A stretch of DNA of 64,000 bases from Ranitomeya imitator (lineage: Eukaryota): the NCBI RefSeq assembly GCF_032444005.1, contig NC_091289.1, positions 10,354,001 to 10,418,000 on the forward strand. Direction: 5' to 3'. The position numbers and the translations under genes were made by a program. This document shows positions 52,224-64,000 of this stretch, one piece after another (within the stretch, counting starts at the first letter, position 1; the number at the start of each line of letters is the position of its first letter). The notes under the pieces were generated by a model that saw only the letters and a program-made list of their open reading frames with translations, searched no databases and was not told where the DNA came from.

Positions 52224-52415
52224 GCTGCCGTCACACTATCAGTATTTGGTCAGTATTTTACATCAGTATTTGTAGCCAAAACCAGGAGTGGAACAATCAG
52301 AGGAAAAGTATAATAGAAACATATGCTCCACTGCTGCATTTATCACCCACTCCTGGTTTTGGCTACAAATACTGATGTAAAATACTGACCAAATACTGCT
52401 AGTGTGACGGCAGCC
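52224..52415. mobile_element. Small palindromic MITE between the divergent netrin-4-like and UROC1 starts
   Basis: gctgccgtcacacta...cagtatttggtcagtattttacatcagtatttgtagccaaaaccaggagtgg mirrored at the right end. Confidence 0.8.
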
Positions 52416-53799
52416 TTTATGTTCAGAGCCTGACAACGTGTCTTGATATACTCACAGCTGAGAGTTTGTTACAATGTATCTGTTTAGCTTGGTCCACAGC
52501 GCATAGGATGATATGTGCCATATGCCCTTTCCAATCAAAGGTTCAGATAATTTGGATACGGAATAATCCGCACTACAGGGTAAAGTGTGAATAGAACCTT
52601 ACATGCACTGATACACTGCGACAAACTGCAGCTCTGCTTCCAGGTTTTCAACCTCTAAAATGTAAAAAAAGTAATGTTTCCCTTAAATTTCAGAGAGGGA
52701 ATGCGACTGCGACAAGCAAAAAGGCAGAACCCGTTGGATTTTCCTTGTCGCAGCACCTTGCTGGTTACAATGTGACCCAATCCCCTCATTCTGTGCTGTG
52801 ATGAGGCATAAAGCGCAGCTGTCATGTAGCCCAGGCCCACAATATTGTAGAACTTTCCAAAAAGTTACACTCTGGGACAAGTTTTCCACAATCCATCCAG
52901 GGGGGGATTTTATAGAAACAGCATCACTTTTATTATAGGCTGCATCTGGTACTGCTGCAAAAACTAAGCTGCAATACCCGACCCAGCATATAGTCACAGG
53001 TGGCGCTGTTCCTGGAATAAAAAGCATTTTGGATTTAGTTTGTATTCTTGCCTGCAGTCTTTTTGTGATTGCCAAAGACTGCCCACATTGACAATCATTA
53101 GATGCAGTGCTGAAATGCCAACTAACGACAACCATTCAAAATTTAAAGGGGTTGTCCACGTTGGGAAACAATTTTTTTTTTTAATTTAAATATATGTAGT
53201 TGGGGCTGAAAACGTTAGCAATTGGGTTTCTTTTAAAATCTTGTATCTATATCGTCTGTGCCGCACTGTCTATTGCTGGCTGTAGAATGAGTCAACAGAG
53301 GATCGCTCAGTGAGCGCATTCTGAATGGAGAATTTGTAACAGTTTTATGTTTTTTTTTTTTTTTCTCAGCTCCTCTCAGTTGATTTATGACCACAGACCA
53401 CATGTCAAGGAAACAAAAAGCCTGTAGAAGCCAAATGGTGCAAAATATTTCAATGAAACCAAATTGTAAAAAATGTTGAAGTGACAAAAAAACAAAGTTT
53501 CCCAAATGTGGACACGGTTGTTGAGGCTGTGATCACTGTTTTAGTGATTTTTTTGTTTGGCAAATGTTGATAGAAAATAATGAATTTAGAAGCAGTAAGG
53601 TAACGCATGTAGCGAGGTGTCCGCAGAGCCTGGGGTATGTGCAGTGGCTGCAGGAGGGGCTCAGGTAACACATTAATTTGGGGAAAGGTATTGACCAATG
53701 AGGCGGCAGCACAGTTGTGGGTGGGGCAGTTTACCTGATTTTTCCCCCCCAGGGTTCCCTGGGTGAGTCCATTTGCCCCAGTGGCTCTGAAGCTTCAGG

Positions 53800-53925
53800 A
53801 TGATCAGTCTGCGGGAGCTGTGTGCTGGCATTCCCCTCCATCCCCTGCCCGAACACAGAGGGATTGATAATGGGGTCCCTCATGCTCCTATCCGGACCCC
53901 CCAGCTCTCTGCACAGGATGAGAAG
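53800..53925 (+). CDS. UROC1: UROC1 (urocanate hydratase) exon 1
   Basis: MISLRELCAGIPLHPLPEHRGIDNGVPHAPIRTPQLSAQDEK|gtgagt; cf. human MSSLQALCSGLPLRPLPENRG. Confidence 0.93.
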
Positions 53926-54973
53926 GTGAGTGTGGCATCAACTGCCCATTCCTTAGTTCCTCCTATATGGAGGCTTGTAGAATGCTGGGACTAGTAGTTC
54001 CACACTATGCAGAGTGTTGGGCTGGATGGTTCTGCTCTCGGCAGAGTTGTGTGGTGGGCAATGGGCATCTAACTGCCCCTCAGGGACTGAACCTGAAGCT
54101 CCTGGGCCCCAAGAGAAAGCCTGCACCAGGGGCCCCTAACCGCCATGCTGGTCCCCACTTATCCCTGAGGGCACTGACTCTATGCACTTTTTTGGGTTCG
54201 TTCAGGCTGCTTCATGGCCCTATTGCCTAGAGAGCGCAGGTCAGGATGAACTGATACATTGTAACAAAATGGATCTTGTGTTCTCAGCCACACAAAGGTT
54301 TCTAGTCACTGACTGCAAAAAAAACCTGTAATTTAGCAGTGGTCTGAAGGGACCATGAGTCCTGGAAAACCAATAACCTGGGTTCACACAAGCCGTGTAA
54401 AAGAAAAGTTACAGCCAATCACAACACGGCTTTCAATTTACCAGAGCAACCAATCAAAGCTTGGCTTTCTTCTTACTGGAACAGGCTGAGAATTGTAAGC
54501 CGCTCTCCGGTTGGTTCCTACGGGCAGCAGGTATTTCTCCAGGACGACATTACTGAGGCCTTCTGCCATTTGTTCTGTGTGGACGGCAGTTATCGGGTTA
54601 ATAATTCCCTTTCATTGTGCAACATGTCGCTGTAAACTAGTAACCCACGGGCACAGATGGCCGCCTCCCCAGGATGTGGGGTTTGCCATCCTCCGGTTTT
54701 GTCACTTTATCCTTGATCCCAGACTCGGCCTGTATTTGTGCAAAACCTTTATATTTATTTTCCTGGGCGGCTTATATGCGGCTCACCTCTATGTAAAGTG
54801 ATGTAGTGGAGCTGGATCTGTCATGTTAGGACTGAAACTCGCCCATCATTTCCAAACTAAAGCCGTCCTGCAACGCTGCAGTTACTACAAATGGCTGATA
54901 ACTGAGAACAATAGAGCACATGTAAGTGGAGAATGTGAAATGCAGGCTGTGATTCTCTGTGCTATGGTTACAG

Positions 54974-55104
54974 CTGGCTTTGGAGAACGCCTTGCGCTAC
55001 TTCCCCCCGGAGCATCATTCCACGCTGGCTCCAGAATTCGTAAAGGAGATGAGATGTTACGGACACATCTACATGTATCGCTTCGTTCCCAACATCCCCA
55101 TGAG
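54974..55104 (+). CDS. UROC1: UROC1 exon 2
   Basis: 131 nt, LALENALRYFPPEHHSTLAPEFVKEMRCYGHIYMYRFVPNIPMR. Confidence 0.95.
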
Positions 55105-55303
55105 GTGAGATCTGTGGTGGGAAGAGGCTTCACTGGAGCAAATAATCTAAAAATGACCATGGTTACTATATGATGCATTATGCAGGTGTGGACGAATGGT
55201 AACTAACATAGAAGTGTTATACGAGGGGAAAACTCCGCACTCAGTTCATGCAATGAAGGAATGGCCGTCTTAATATAGTAATCCGATTTATAATGATGTT
55301 TCA

Positions 55304-55568
55304 GGCTATGTGAACACGTTGCGGATTTTGCTGCGGATTGGATGCTGTGGATCCACAACCGTTTTCATACAGTGTATAGTACCATGTAAACCTGTGGAAA
55401 CCAAATCCACAGTTTCCATGCGGTATTTTCCGCAGCACATCAATTTTTTTTGTGCTGATTCCGCAGCGGTTTACACCCACAATAGGAATCCGCAGGTGGA
55501 ATCTGCACAAAATCCACATTAATTCAGCGGTAAATCTGCACCAGATTCCACAATGTGGGCACATGGCC
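55304..55568. mobile_element. Harbinger-type MITE
   Basis: ggctatgtgaacac / gtgggcacatggcc termini with TCA on both sides. Confidence 0.7.
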
Positions 55569-55884
55569 TCAGTCCTCACATCCGGCCCTTCATCAGACAG
55601 TAACGGATTGTTGTGGGAGCGGAGGTAAGATGGCCGGAGTTGCTCGTGCTGAAGCGCAGTCATTTCTTCATCGCATAATCTGAGTGCAGAGTCTTCCTCT
55701 TGTTTCACGGACTGGATCCTTACTCGGGCACCATATCTCTCGCGGAGCGATGTATAGTTCATAGAAAAAAATAAACCATGAACACTTCTATTTTAATGCA
55801 TTAAAAAAAGCAAAGAAAATGAACAAGATAAATCTAAATCCCATCAATATTTGGTGACTGCCAGTCTTCATCAATTATTCCATG

Positions 55885-57054
55885 TGCGGCGCCACAGGGT
55901 CCTGGTCGTCGCAGTGGTATTTCGTTCCTTTCGGGGAGAGTGATGCTACTTTTGGAGGCAAGAAAGGTTAACTGCATCCAGGTATCACAAACATGCAACA
56001 CAGTTCACACTCCAGGCCACCAGGGGGAGCTCCTGACCCTATTTATTAGGTCACTCCCCATAGATATATATAACTGGTAGTCTGTAGGGAAAGTAAGTTA
56101 GTCAGTTCCTGACAGAGCTCCAGACAGGAGGTCTATTAGTTCCAGACTGGAGTCTGAGGAGGACAGAAGGTTAACTGAGCTGTGCATTCCCTCAGGGCTG
56201 CAGCTCCCAGAAAGAGACATTGAAAGGCAGAATTGTATTGCAGTGAGCTTGAAGGAAGTCGTAGCTAAGGAGAGGATACCAGAAGGGTACCAGCCTCGCT
56301 CAGGCTGCCTCCTTCTGAGGTGCAAAATCCCGGTAGCCGGAACACCGAGGGAGTAAGGACCTCTACGCCTTATTTCAGAGACCGACAGGACAGCTAATTG
56401 CAGGTTACCTGTCTGCACCTACACCCAGGAGGCACGGTGACACCTACAGAGCTGGGTTATCTAAGACCCTAAAAACAGGCTCAAGTCACCAGTCATAGTG
56501 GTTTTGTCCTATCCTATATGGGGGACAGAGCGAAACATCGCATCTGTGAGACCCTTACGAGAAGCCATAGGCAGTAAGGGACTACACCACCACAGTGCAA
56601 GGGAAGGCTACTGATTTCCACCTGGATAAGGGGACTCTGGATGTGCCTCCAAACCGGCCGGACTCTGCCTGCCCTGTGATCTGGTGCTCTGGACTGTGGA
56701 TGCTGAAGTCTTCAGTAAAGGTAAAGAGACTGCAACCTTGTCCTCGTTCTTCTCTGCGCCTCTCACCATCCACCACCTACACACCGGGAAGCCCTGGGGA
56801 CACGGGGACACACTTCACCTGTGGGAAGGTATACCATCTAGCTGCCATAACACCTCAGCGGACCCCTTAAAGCAGCATCTGTCACCCTGACCGAATACCA
56901 CAGGTGGCGTCACAAACATAAACGCTATCCCTCTAAAGGCCTTTCCCTTTTACACGGACGTCCTAGGGCTACAGACCGGTTCGCCACCGTGACATCCCCC
57001 TGAGAACCGCAGGACCCGGTACAGAGTACCCCACGGCCCTTGGGGGGCGATCCA
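55885..57054. mobile_element. Solo LTR, same family as 41999-43229, opposite orientation, diverged
   Basis: tgcggcgccacagggtcctggtcgtcgcag matches reverse complement of the 43229 end; right end gagtaccccacggccctt matches the 41999 end; no clear TSD. Confidence 0.75.
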
Positions 57055-57153
57055 ACTGCACACTTCACACCAGAGGTGTAGCTAGGGATTTGGTTTAAGG
57101 GGTAAACAAATCCTCTGAATGGGTCCCTAACAATGTAACCCTGACTACAAATA

Positions 57154-58711
57154 CAGGTCCTTCTCAAAAAATTAGCATATAGTGTTAAATTTCATTATTT
57201 ACCATAATGTAATGATTACAATTAAACTTTCATATATTATAGATTCATTATCCACCAACTGAAATTTGTCAGGTCTTTTATTGTTTTAATACTGATGATT
57301 TTGGCATACAACTCCTGATAACCCAAAAAACCTGTCTCAATAAATTAGCATATCAAGAAAAGGTTCTCTAAACGACCTATTACCCTAATCTTCTGAATCA
57401 ACTAATTAACTCTAAACACATGCAAAAGATACCTGAGGCTTTTATAAACTCCCTGCCTGGTTCATTACTCAAAACCCCCATCATGGGTAAGACTAGCGAC
57501 CTGTCAGATGTCAAGAAGGCCATCATTGACACCCTCAAGCAAGAGGGTAAGACCCAGAAAGAAATTTCTCAACAAATAGGCTGTTCCCAGAGTGCTGTAT
57601 CAAGGCACCTCAATGGTAAGTCTGTTGGAAGGAAACAATGTGGCAGAAAACGCTGTACAACGAGAAGAGGAGACCGGACCCTGAGGAAGATTGTGGAGAA
57701 GGACCGATTCCAGACCTTGGGGAACCTGAGGAAGCAGTGGACTGAGTCTGGTGTGGAAACATCCAGAGCCACCGTGCACAGGCGTGTGCAGGAAATGGGC
57801 TACAGGTGCCGAAATGGGCTACAGAGAAGCAGCACTGGACTGTTGCTAAGTGGTCCCAAGTACTTTTTTCTGATGAAAGCAAATTTTGCATGTCATTCGG
57901 AAATCAAGGTGCCAGAGTCTAGAGGAAGACTGGGGAGAAAGAAATGCCAAAATGCCTGAAGTCCAGTGTCAAGTACCCACAGTCAGTGATGGTGTGGGGT
58001 GCCATGTCAGCTGCTGGTGTTGGTCCACTGTGTTTCATCAAGGGCAGGGTCAATGCAGCTAGCTATCAGGAGATTTTGGAGCACTTCATGCTTCCATCGG
58101 CTGAAATGCTTTATGGAGATGAAGATTTCATTTTTCAGCACGACCTGGCACCTGCTCACAGTGCCAAAACCACTGGTAAATGGTTTACTGACCATGGTAT
58201 TACTGTGCTCAATTGGCCTGCCAACTCTCCTGACCTGAACCCCATAGAGAATCTGTGGGATATTGTGAAGAGAAAGTTGAGAGACGCAAGACCCAACACT
58301 CTGGATGAGCTTAAGGCCGCTATTGAAGCATCCTGGGCCTCCATAACATCTCAGCAGTGTCACAGGCTGATTGCCTCCATGCCACGCCGCATTGAAGCAG
58401 TCATTTCTGCCAAAGGATTCCCCACCAAGTATTGAGTGCATAACTGAACATTATTATTTGTTGGTTTTTTTGTTTGTTATTAAAAAACACTTATTTGATT
58501 GGATGGGTGAAATATGCTAATTTATTGAGACAGGTTTTTTGGGTTATCAGGAGTTGTATGCCAAAATCATCAGTATTAAAACAATAAAAGACGTGACAAA
58601 TTTCAGTTGGTGGATAATGAATCTATAATATATGAAAGTTTAATTGTAATCATTACATTATGGTAAATAATGAAATTTAACACTATATGCTAATTTTTTG
58701 AGAAGGACCTG
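57154..58711 (+). mobile_element. Tc1-like IR/DR transposon (1558 bp), DD34E transposase pseudogene
   Basis: TA TSD; ~200-bp TIRs with tcaa(a/t)aaattagcatat direct repeats; SDESKF, QHDLAPAH-34-PIENLW; internal deletion/frameshift at ~57811 and TAG at ~57920. Confidence 0.96.
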
Positions 58712-59464
58712 TATTGTCGTGCACCCAAATAGTGGATGTAGGAGAAACTCAGCAGATAAAAGCTGTAAAAAATAAATAAATAAATATCTCAATACAAAGA
58801 CTAAGTGATATTACCGCCATATAGTGTAAGATACCAGTCTTGCAGAACATATCAGATTGCAGTACTTATTGATGGTGACCTGCAGCTGACATTTCTAATG
58901 GATTCCTTCATTTTTCAATCTGGCCCAGACCAACATGACAACTTCCAGCCAGGACTCTGCTGCAGAGACTACAACACACATCTGACTCCGCACATTTCCT
59001 GCACTGTCACAATCTATCCCCCAACCTGCACAACAACCTCCTTATCCTGCTGATGCCCCAATACTGAACCGCTGCTGCCATGTCCCTATTACTGCCCCTG
59101 CTACGTGGTACTGTGCCTCTAATTTTACTCCTACTGAAGCCCTAGATTCCTTTCATTGCATTCATAAAGTATGATGTCAGTAAAAGTGCCCCACAAACAT
59201 GAAGATGCCCCTACAGTGAATTTCTCCATATGCACAGTATGCTGACCCTAATGTACCCATTATGGAGGCTGTGGGGCTGTTATAATATTTGGTGGGCTAT
59301 GTAGGAGCATTTAAATTGTATGCAAGAAATTATACAGTGTGGACCAATTGTCCAGTCTGTGGAAGGCCCTTCTATGTTCCCTGGATTGTGCACAAGGGCC
59401 ATACAGACATGGAGGGGGATTTTGGTGGAAGAACATGACCAGCTGCACAAATCTTGGACATTAA

Positions 59465-59884
59465 GGCTACTTTCACACTAGCGTCGGAATCTCCCCGTCG
59501 CAATGCGTCGGGCAGAGATTCCGACGCTAGCGTTTAACGCACTGCACAACGCAGGCAGCGGATGCATTTCTCCAGCGCATCCGCTGCCCCATTGTAATTT
59601 GCGGGGAGGTGCTTGCGGAGTTCCGGCCGCGCATGCGCGGTCGGAAAAAGCGGTCCGTCAGGAGCAAAAAACGTTACATGTAGCGCTTTTTGCTCCCGAC
59701 GGTCCGCCAAAGCACAACGCATCCGTCGCACGACGGAAGTGACGTTTGGCAATCCGTCGCAATGCGTCGTCAATACAAGTCTATGGGGAAAAAACGCATC
59801 CTGCCAGCACTTTTGCAGGATGCGTTTTTTCTGCAAAATGACGCATTGTGACGGATTGTAGATAACGCTAGTGTGAAAGTAGCC
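59465..59884. mobile_element. Harbinger-type MITE (420 bp)
   Basis: TIR ggctactttcacactagcgt / acgctagtgtgaaagtagcc, TAA TSD. Confidence 0.85.
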
Positions 59885-60213
59885 TAACCTATAATGGAGA
59901 CTGAACCCGGTCTCTCCCTAACATTAGGGTCTGACCTCACAACTGTTCGTTTGGGTGAAGGGGTAAAAATTCCTACAAACTCCTGTGAAATCCTTTCCAG
60001 AAGAGTGGAACTGTTATAACTGCAGAGGGGCAGCTCCATATTAATGTCTATGGAGGACTGAAAAGTTCTTGAGTGGAAGAGGCCAATACGTAAATGGTAC
60101 TTACTCCTATATGAAATGCAAAATTTTCCATGAGGAAATGAACTGTTAACGTTGATTCTGGGAGGTTGTATGTAATACCTTCTGTAATTTTTTTTTTTTT
60201 TCTTTTTTTTCAG

Positions 60214-60307
60214 GGCTTATCCAATCAGTGAGTATCCCTGCAAAACTAAGAAGGCAGCAGCCATAATGCACATGATTATGAATAACCTGGATCCAGCAGT
60301 GGCTCAG
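60214..60307 (+). CDS. UROC1: UROC1 exon 3
   Basis: 94 nt, AYPISEYPCKTKKAAAIMHMIMNNLDPAVAQ. Confidence 0.95.
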
Positions 60308-60721
60308 GTACAGGTTTATAATTCTGATCGGAGATGGCTGCCTTTAATGTTGGGTGATCATGGAAAGTGTTGGGAACTGTATGATGAACGATCTTGTCTT
60401 GTGGCTTATGCACAGTATGGTGACAGTATATAATGCCATATAACCATAGCATAATAGTCATACAGCGCATGCATAATATGGCCATAAGGAAAGTCATGCC
60501 ATATAGTGCCCAGAAATGCCACTATAAAATCACTTTACAGTACCTTTACTGGCGTAACAAGGTAGCTCCTCAGCCACCGGAGACTGGGTTGAACCAAGCG
60601 GTGGAGGCTGCTTGGTGATAAAGGTCTCAGGCCTGTTACCCCTTTAACCTGTTAATCTTACCCTGTATACGTAATATGGTGATATTACATAATTGTAGAT
60701 TTTATGACTTCTGACCCACAG

Positions 60722-60781
60722 TTTCCCCAGGAGTTGGTAACATACGGTGGCAATGGACAGGTCTTCAGTAACTGGGCGCAG
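60722..60781 (+). CDS. UROC1: UROC1 exon 4
   Basis: 60 nt, FPQELVTYGGNGQVFSNWAQ (urocanase signature-like). Confidence 0.95.
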
Positions 60782-61248
60782 GTAGGTGCTAAGTGCGGTT
60801 GGATTCTGGATATTTATTGGTAACTTAAAGGGTTGCAGATTCTCAAGACCATTCCTCCTATTCCTGATGTGGCCACAATATGAATTAATTGGCTGATGAC
60901 AGGGAATAATTGTATAGAAGTAGAGGTGAGACAGTTTAGCCTTAGTGTCCTCTTTAACTATGGTGGGCTGTCTTCTTTCTTCGACCTGCATGCCTTTTGT
61001 ATTTTGATATGTAATATAATAAAAATATTTTAAAGGAGTGTTTGTTTTTTTTTGGTCCTGGGATTGTACTTTCTGACCTCTTGTGGATGGGACATTTCTT
61101 TAAATGTCAAGCCCTTCCTCCTTGGGACCATCCATAAAGCCGATTCCAAATCAAAGCCACGTGAGACTTGGCCGGCCTCCCAAGTTGGCATCAGAACAGG
61201 AGTTTACCATCCCCACTACCATTTCCCTTTCTTCTCTTGTATCTGCAG

Positions 61249-61377
61249 TTCTGGCTGGTGATGCATTATCTATCGGAGATGACGGAAGAACAGACTCTGG
61301 TGATGTATAGCGGCCATCCTCTTGGTCTCTTTCCTAGTCACCCTGGTGCTCCAAGAGTGGTGATCACCAATGGGATG
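61249..61377 (+). CDS. UROC1: UROC1 exon 5
   Basis: 129 nt, FWLVMHYLSEMTEEQTLVMYSGHPLGLFPSHPGAPRVVITNGM. Confidence 0.96.
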
Positions 61378-61462
61378 GTGAGACATCTGCTCACTGCCAT
61401 TCTCCAGGTGTTCAGATGGGTAACCCTATATCAAAGAGAATCTTGTTAATTTTTATCTGTAG

Positions 61463-61524
61463 GTCATTCCCAACTACTCATCCAGGAAGGATTATGAGAA
61501 GATGTTTGCATTAGGAGTCACAAT
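61463..61524 (+). CDS. UROC1: UROC1 exon 6
   Basis: 62 nt, VIPNYSSRKDYEKMFALGVT-M. Confidence 0.94.
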
Positions 61525-61582
61525 GTAAGTAACAACCTTCCTCTATCCTCCATATTTTACTCTCCCAGAAAGCTCCTATTTA

Positions 61583-61932
61583 GGCTAGGTTCACATTGCA
61601 TTAATGGGTTAACGCAAACGGACAGCATTGAACGGCGAAAATGTTGCAATTAACGCCGTGCAACGGGTCCGTTAGCGCACCCATAGACAGCAATGTGTTT
61701 TGTTTTTTTTTTTTTTGCTGTAGCGCATACCAATTTCGGCACGCGCTAGTGATGTGCAGTTCTTTTGTGACGGACCTCGGACGCTGCTTGGTGTGTCCGA
61801 CCCTCGGTCGCGCATAACGGGGATCTGCGCTAGCGGGGACGCCGAATGCGGACCCTAAACAAACATTGCGTTAGCGCAATCTGCTAGCACTATGCGTTTA
61901 ACGGATTGCCCTAACGCAATGTGAACCTAGCC
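61583..61932. mobile_element. Harbinger-type MITE
   Basis: TIR ggctaggttcacattgc / gcaatgtgaacctagcc; TSD not intact. Confidence 0.75.
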
Positions 61933-62295
61933 AGCTTTTTGCTGGTTCCCCACTGAGACTTTAACTGTCCACCAGTAAATTGGAGCATTGGGGGGCCTTA
62001 ATGTCAGCAGGACTGGTGGGCTATCTTGTGTATTGAGCGCTCTCTACTGGGCATTTTGAGTGTTTTTTTTTTTTTGTTTTTTTTGTTTTTTTTCCCTCCA
62101 GAGGCTTCTGGCAGCGGCTTACTCCCCTTTCCCCATTTAGAGCACATGTATGGGAGGAAGGACATTGGGCCCTCCGCTATTGAAGCTTTATTGGCACCAT
62201 TTGTATAATGCATTTGGGAACAATATAGATCTCTGCTTCCATGAGGCGAATTTTTGAATAATTTTTACGTCCATATTTAATTTGCATTTTGGAAG

Positions 62296-62362
62296 GTATG
62301 GACAGATGACGGCAGGAAGCTACTGCTACATTGGCCCGCAAGGAATTGTGCATGGCACAGTG
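62296..62362 (+). CDS. UROC1: UROC1 exon 7
   Basis: 67 nt, YGQMTAGSYCYIGPQGIVHGTV. Confidence 0.96.
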
Positions 62363-62622
62363 GTAAGTTGGCACAATGTGTACTCTACTTAAAGTATATT
62401 ATTGGATTTGCTTATTTTTAATTAAATCTATGCCAAACTCCAATGCGGCATCGTTCCTAGAGCCCGGCCTGAGGGTGCAGCATGATTGCACGGAGGAGCG
62501 GTGTCATGGACCACCTCCCGGTACTACACTGGGTGTTGCAGCGCGGCCGTTATGCTATATGGCGCTTGCTTTCAGTGTTTTGCCCTGTGGCCACATCTGA
62601 TCACATGCTTCTGATCACACAG

Positions 62623-62766
62623 CTAACTGTACTGAACGCTGGAAGGAGATACCTTGGAGCAGATGATCTCAGTGGGAAGGTGTTTGTGACCTCCGGTCTG
62701 GGAGGAATGAGCGGCGCTCAGGCAAAAGCAGCCACGATTGTGGGCTGTATCGGGGTCATTGCTGAG
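62623..62766 (+). CDS. UROC1: UROC1 exon 8 (NAD-binding GLGGMSGAQ)
   Basis: 144 nt, LTVLNAGRRYLGADDLSGKVFVTSGLGGMSGAQAKAATIVGCIGVIAE. Confidence 0.96.
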
Positions 62767-62897
62767 GTAACTGTTCTTGGTTCTCCATTATGGGACACAA
62801 CTTGTTAGATGAAAACTGATAACTGGGGACCTCTGATGTGACGTTGCTCCGGGGTGGCTCCATGCGCCTCCATCTCACGGCTCCTGTGTATTGTCAG

Positions 62898-62986
62898 GTC
62901 GATGAAAGCGCTCTGGTAAAGAGACATAAGCAGGGCTGGCTGATGGAGGTAACCAAGTCTCTGGATGACTGTGTCCAAAGGATCAG
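62898..62986 (+). CDS. UROC1: UROC1 exon 9
   Basis: 89 nt, VDESALVKRHKQGWLMEVTKSLDDCVQRI-R. Confidence 0.94.
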
Positions 62987-63087
62987 GTAAGGGGAAACAG
63001 TGCAGTTCGGCTGAGGTGGTGGGGGGGCTGGTTTGTTCTAGAATTTATTTAATTTTTTATGTACCTTTTAATCTTTTGTCTTCACAG

Positions 63088-63150
63088 AAAAGCAAAGAAA
63101 GATAAGGAGACGCTCAGCCTGGGATACCATGGGAATATCGTGGACCTTTG
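63088..63150 (+). CDS. UROC1: UROC1 exon 10 (GC donor); gene continues beyond the window
   Basis: 63 nt, KAKKDKETLSLGYHGNIVDL-W followed by gcaagt. Confidence 0.88.
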
Positions 63151-64000
63151 GCAAGTCGTGTACTTCTGCTGCACATATGGGGCCTGAGAGCGTCACAATG
63201 TGCCAGGGAGGAATCTGTAACACATTAGAGTAATGCTCTTATGATAGATCACTGGATAGATCACTGGAGGTGATCCTGATCGCTCACAATCCAAGTTTCT
63301 GCTCCCAGATCTGAAATATTCAGAGTTCAAGAATTTCCCTATCAGAATAATTCACAGGAAAACAGAAAATTCATCCTCTGCTCAGTTCATTGCAGATGTT
63401 TCTCATCTTTGTTTCTGGAAACGCTGGATGACTACAAATATGGCCGTGTAAAGGGGTTATCCCATAAACATGATCTCTTAACTACAGGATGTATGATTAG
63501 GGTTGTGGGGTCCTCCCACTGATGACTGTCGCTGATCTTCAGGACGAGGGTCCCTCATGTGTACCCACCACTTAACTCGCTGTGTATGGGAGCAGTGGTC
63601 ACATGCACTCTCATACCAGTAAATGGAGCATGGATTGATTAGAGGTTGTACCTTACTTTTTACACTGACCTATCCTTAGCACAAGTCATCAATTTCTTAT
63701 CAGCCAGGGTCGGACATGCAGCACCCTGCTGATCAGCTGTTATGAACGGCTACTCCTCTCATGTGGGGGAACCCTGCACTCCCAACATCCAGCTGTTGGA
63801 CCACCAAAAACCCTACATCCTGTGGATGGTGATAACCATTTAAGAGTCCTACATAGGATGTAACCTGGAACTTAACAAGTTTAGGATTGTTCCACTGGAA
63901 TCCTAGTCAGGAGAGGGACTCCACAGTCTATCTTGGAGGAGACCTGTGCGGTAGTCTATAGTTGGGGATTAATTTTGCATTAAGGACACAAAGGTTAATG

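Noticed and set aside
53800-63150. Bacterial hutU or horizontal transfer
   Set aside because: Spliceosomal introns and the eukaryote-type N-terminal extension match vertebrate UROC1
63907-63960. Candidate UROC1 exon 11 after tcag
   Set aside because: The phase-2 continuation gives W-R-G-T-P, not the expected W-E-R-L; exon 11 probably lies outside the window

Overview
This is vertebrate genomic DNA, not prokaryotic. It is most likely a frog (anuran), judged from TTAA-target T2/Kolobok-type MITEs, IR/DR Tc1 elements and a V-SINE; the species cannot be fixed from sequence alone. The six-frame ORF track is mostly repeat artefact. Four spliced genes were reconstructed by hand. (1) TMEM43 exons 1-2 (minus strand, running off the left edge through a >9.3 kb 86-bp satellite). 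(2) A complete 3-exon CHCHD4/MIA40 (plus strand, 137 aa), head-to-head with TMEM43. (3) A complete, apparently intact 10-exon netrin-4-like gene (minus strand, 17924-51573, 633 aa), probably an ohnolog of NTN4 rather than NTN4 itself. (4) UROC1 exons 1-10 (plus strand, running off the right edge; the exon-10 donor is GC). Introns hold five tandem-repeat families (86, 57, 35, 30 and 28 bp), three Tc1 elements, three solo LTRs, many palindromic MITEs, a V-SINE and Penelope-like fragments. The most notable observations are: about 88 tandem copies of a near-consensus CTCF motif in oppositely oriented 57-bp arrays inside the netrin gene; the netrin-4 paralog next to a histidine-catabolism gene, mirroring human NTN4-AMDHD1-HAL; and its loss of the KAPG loop while keeping the EVIFR motif.
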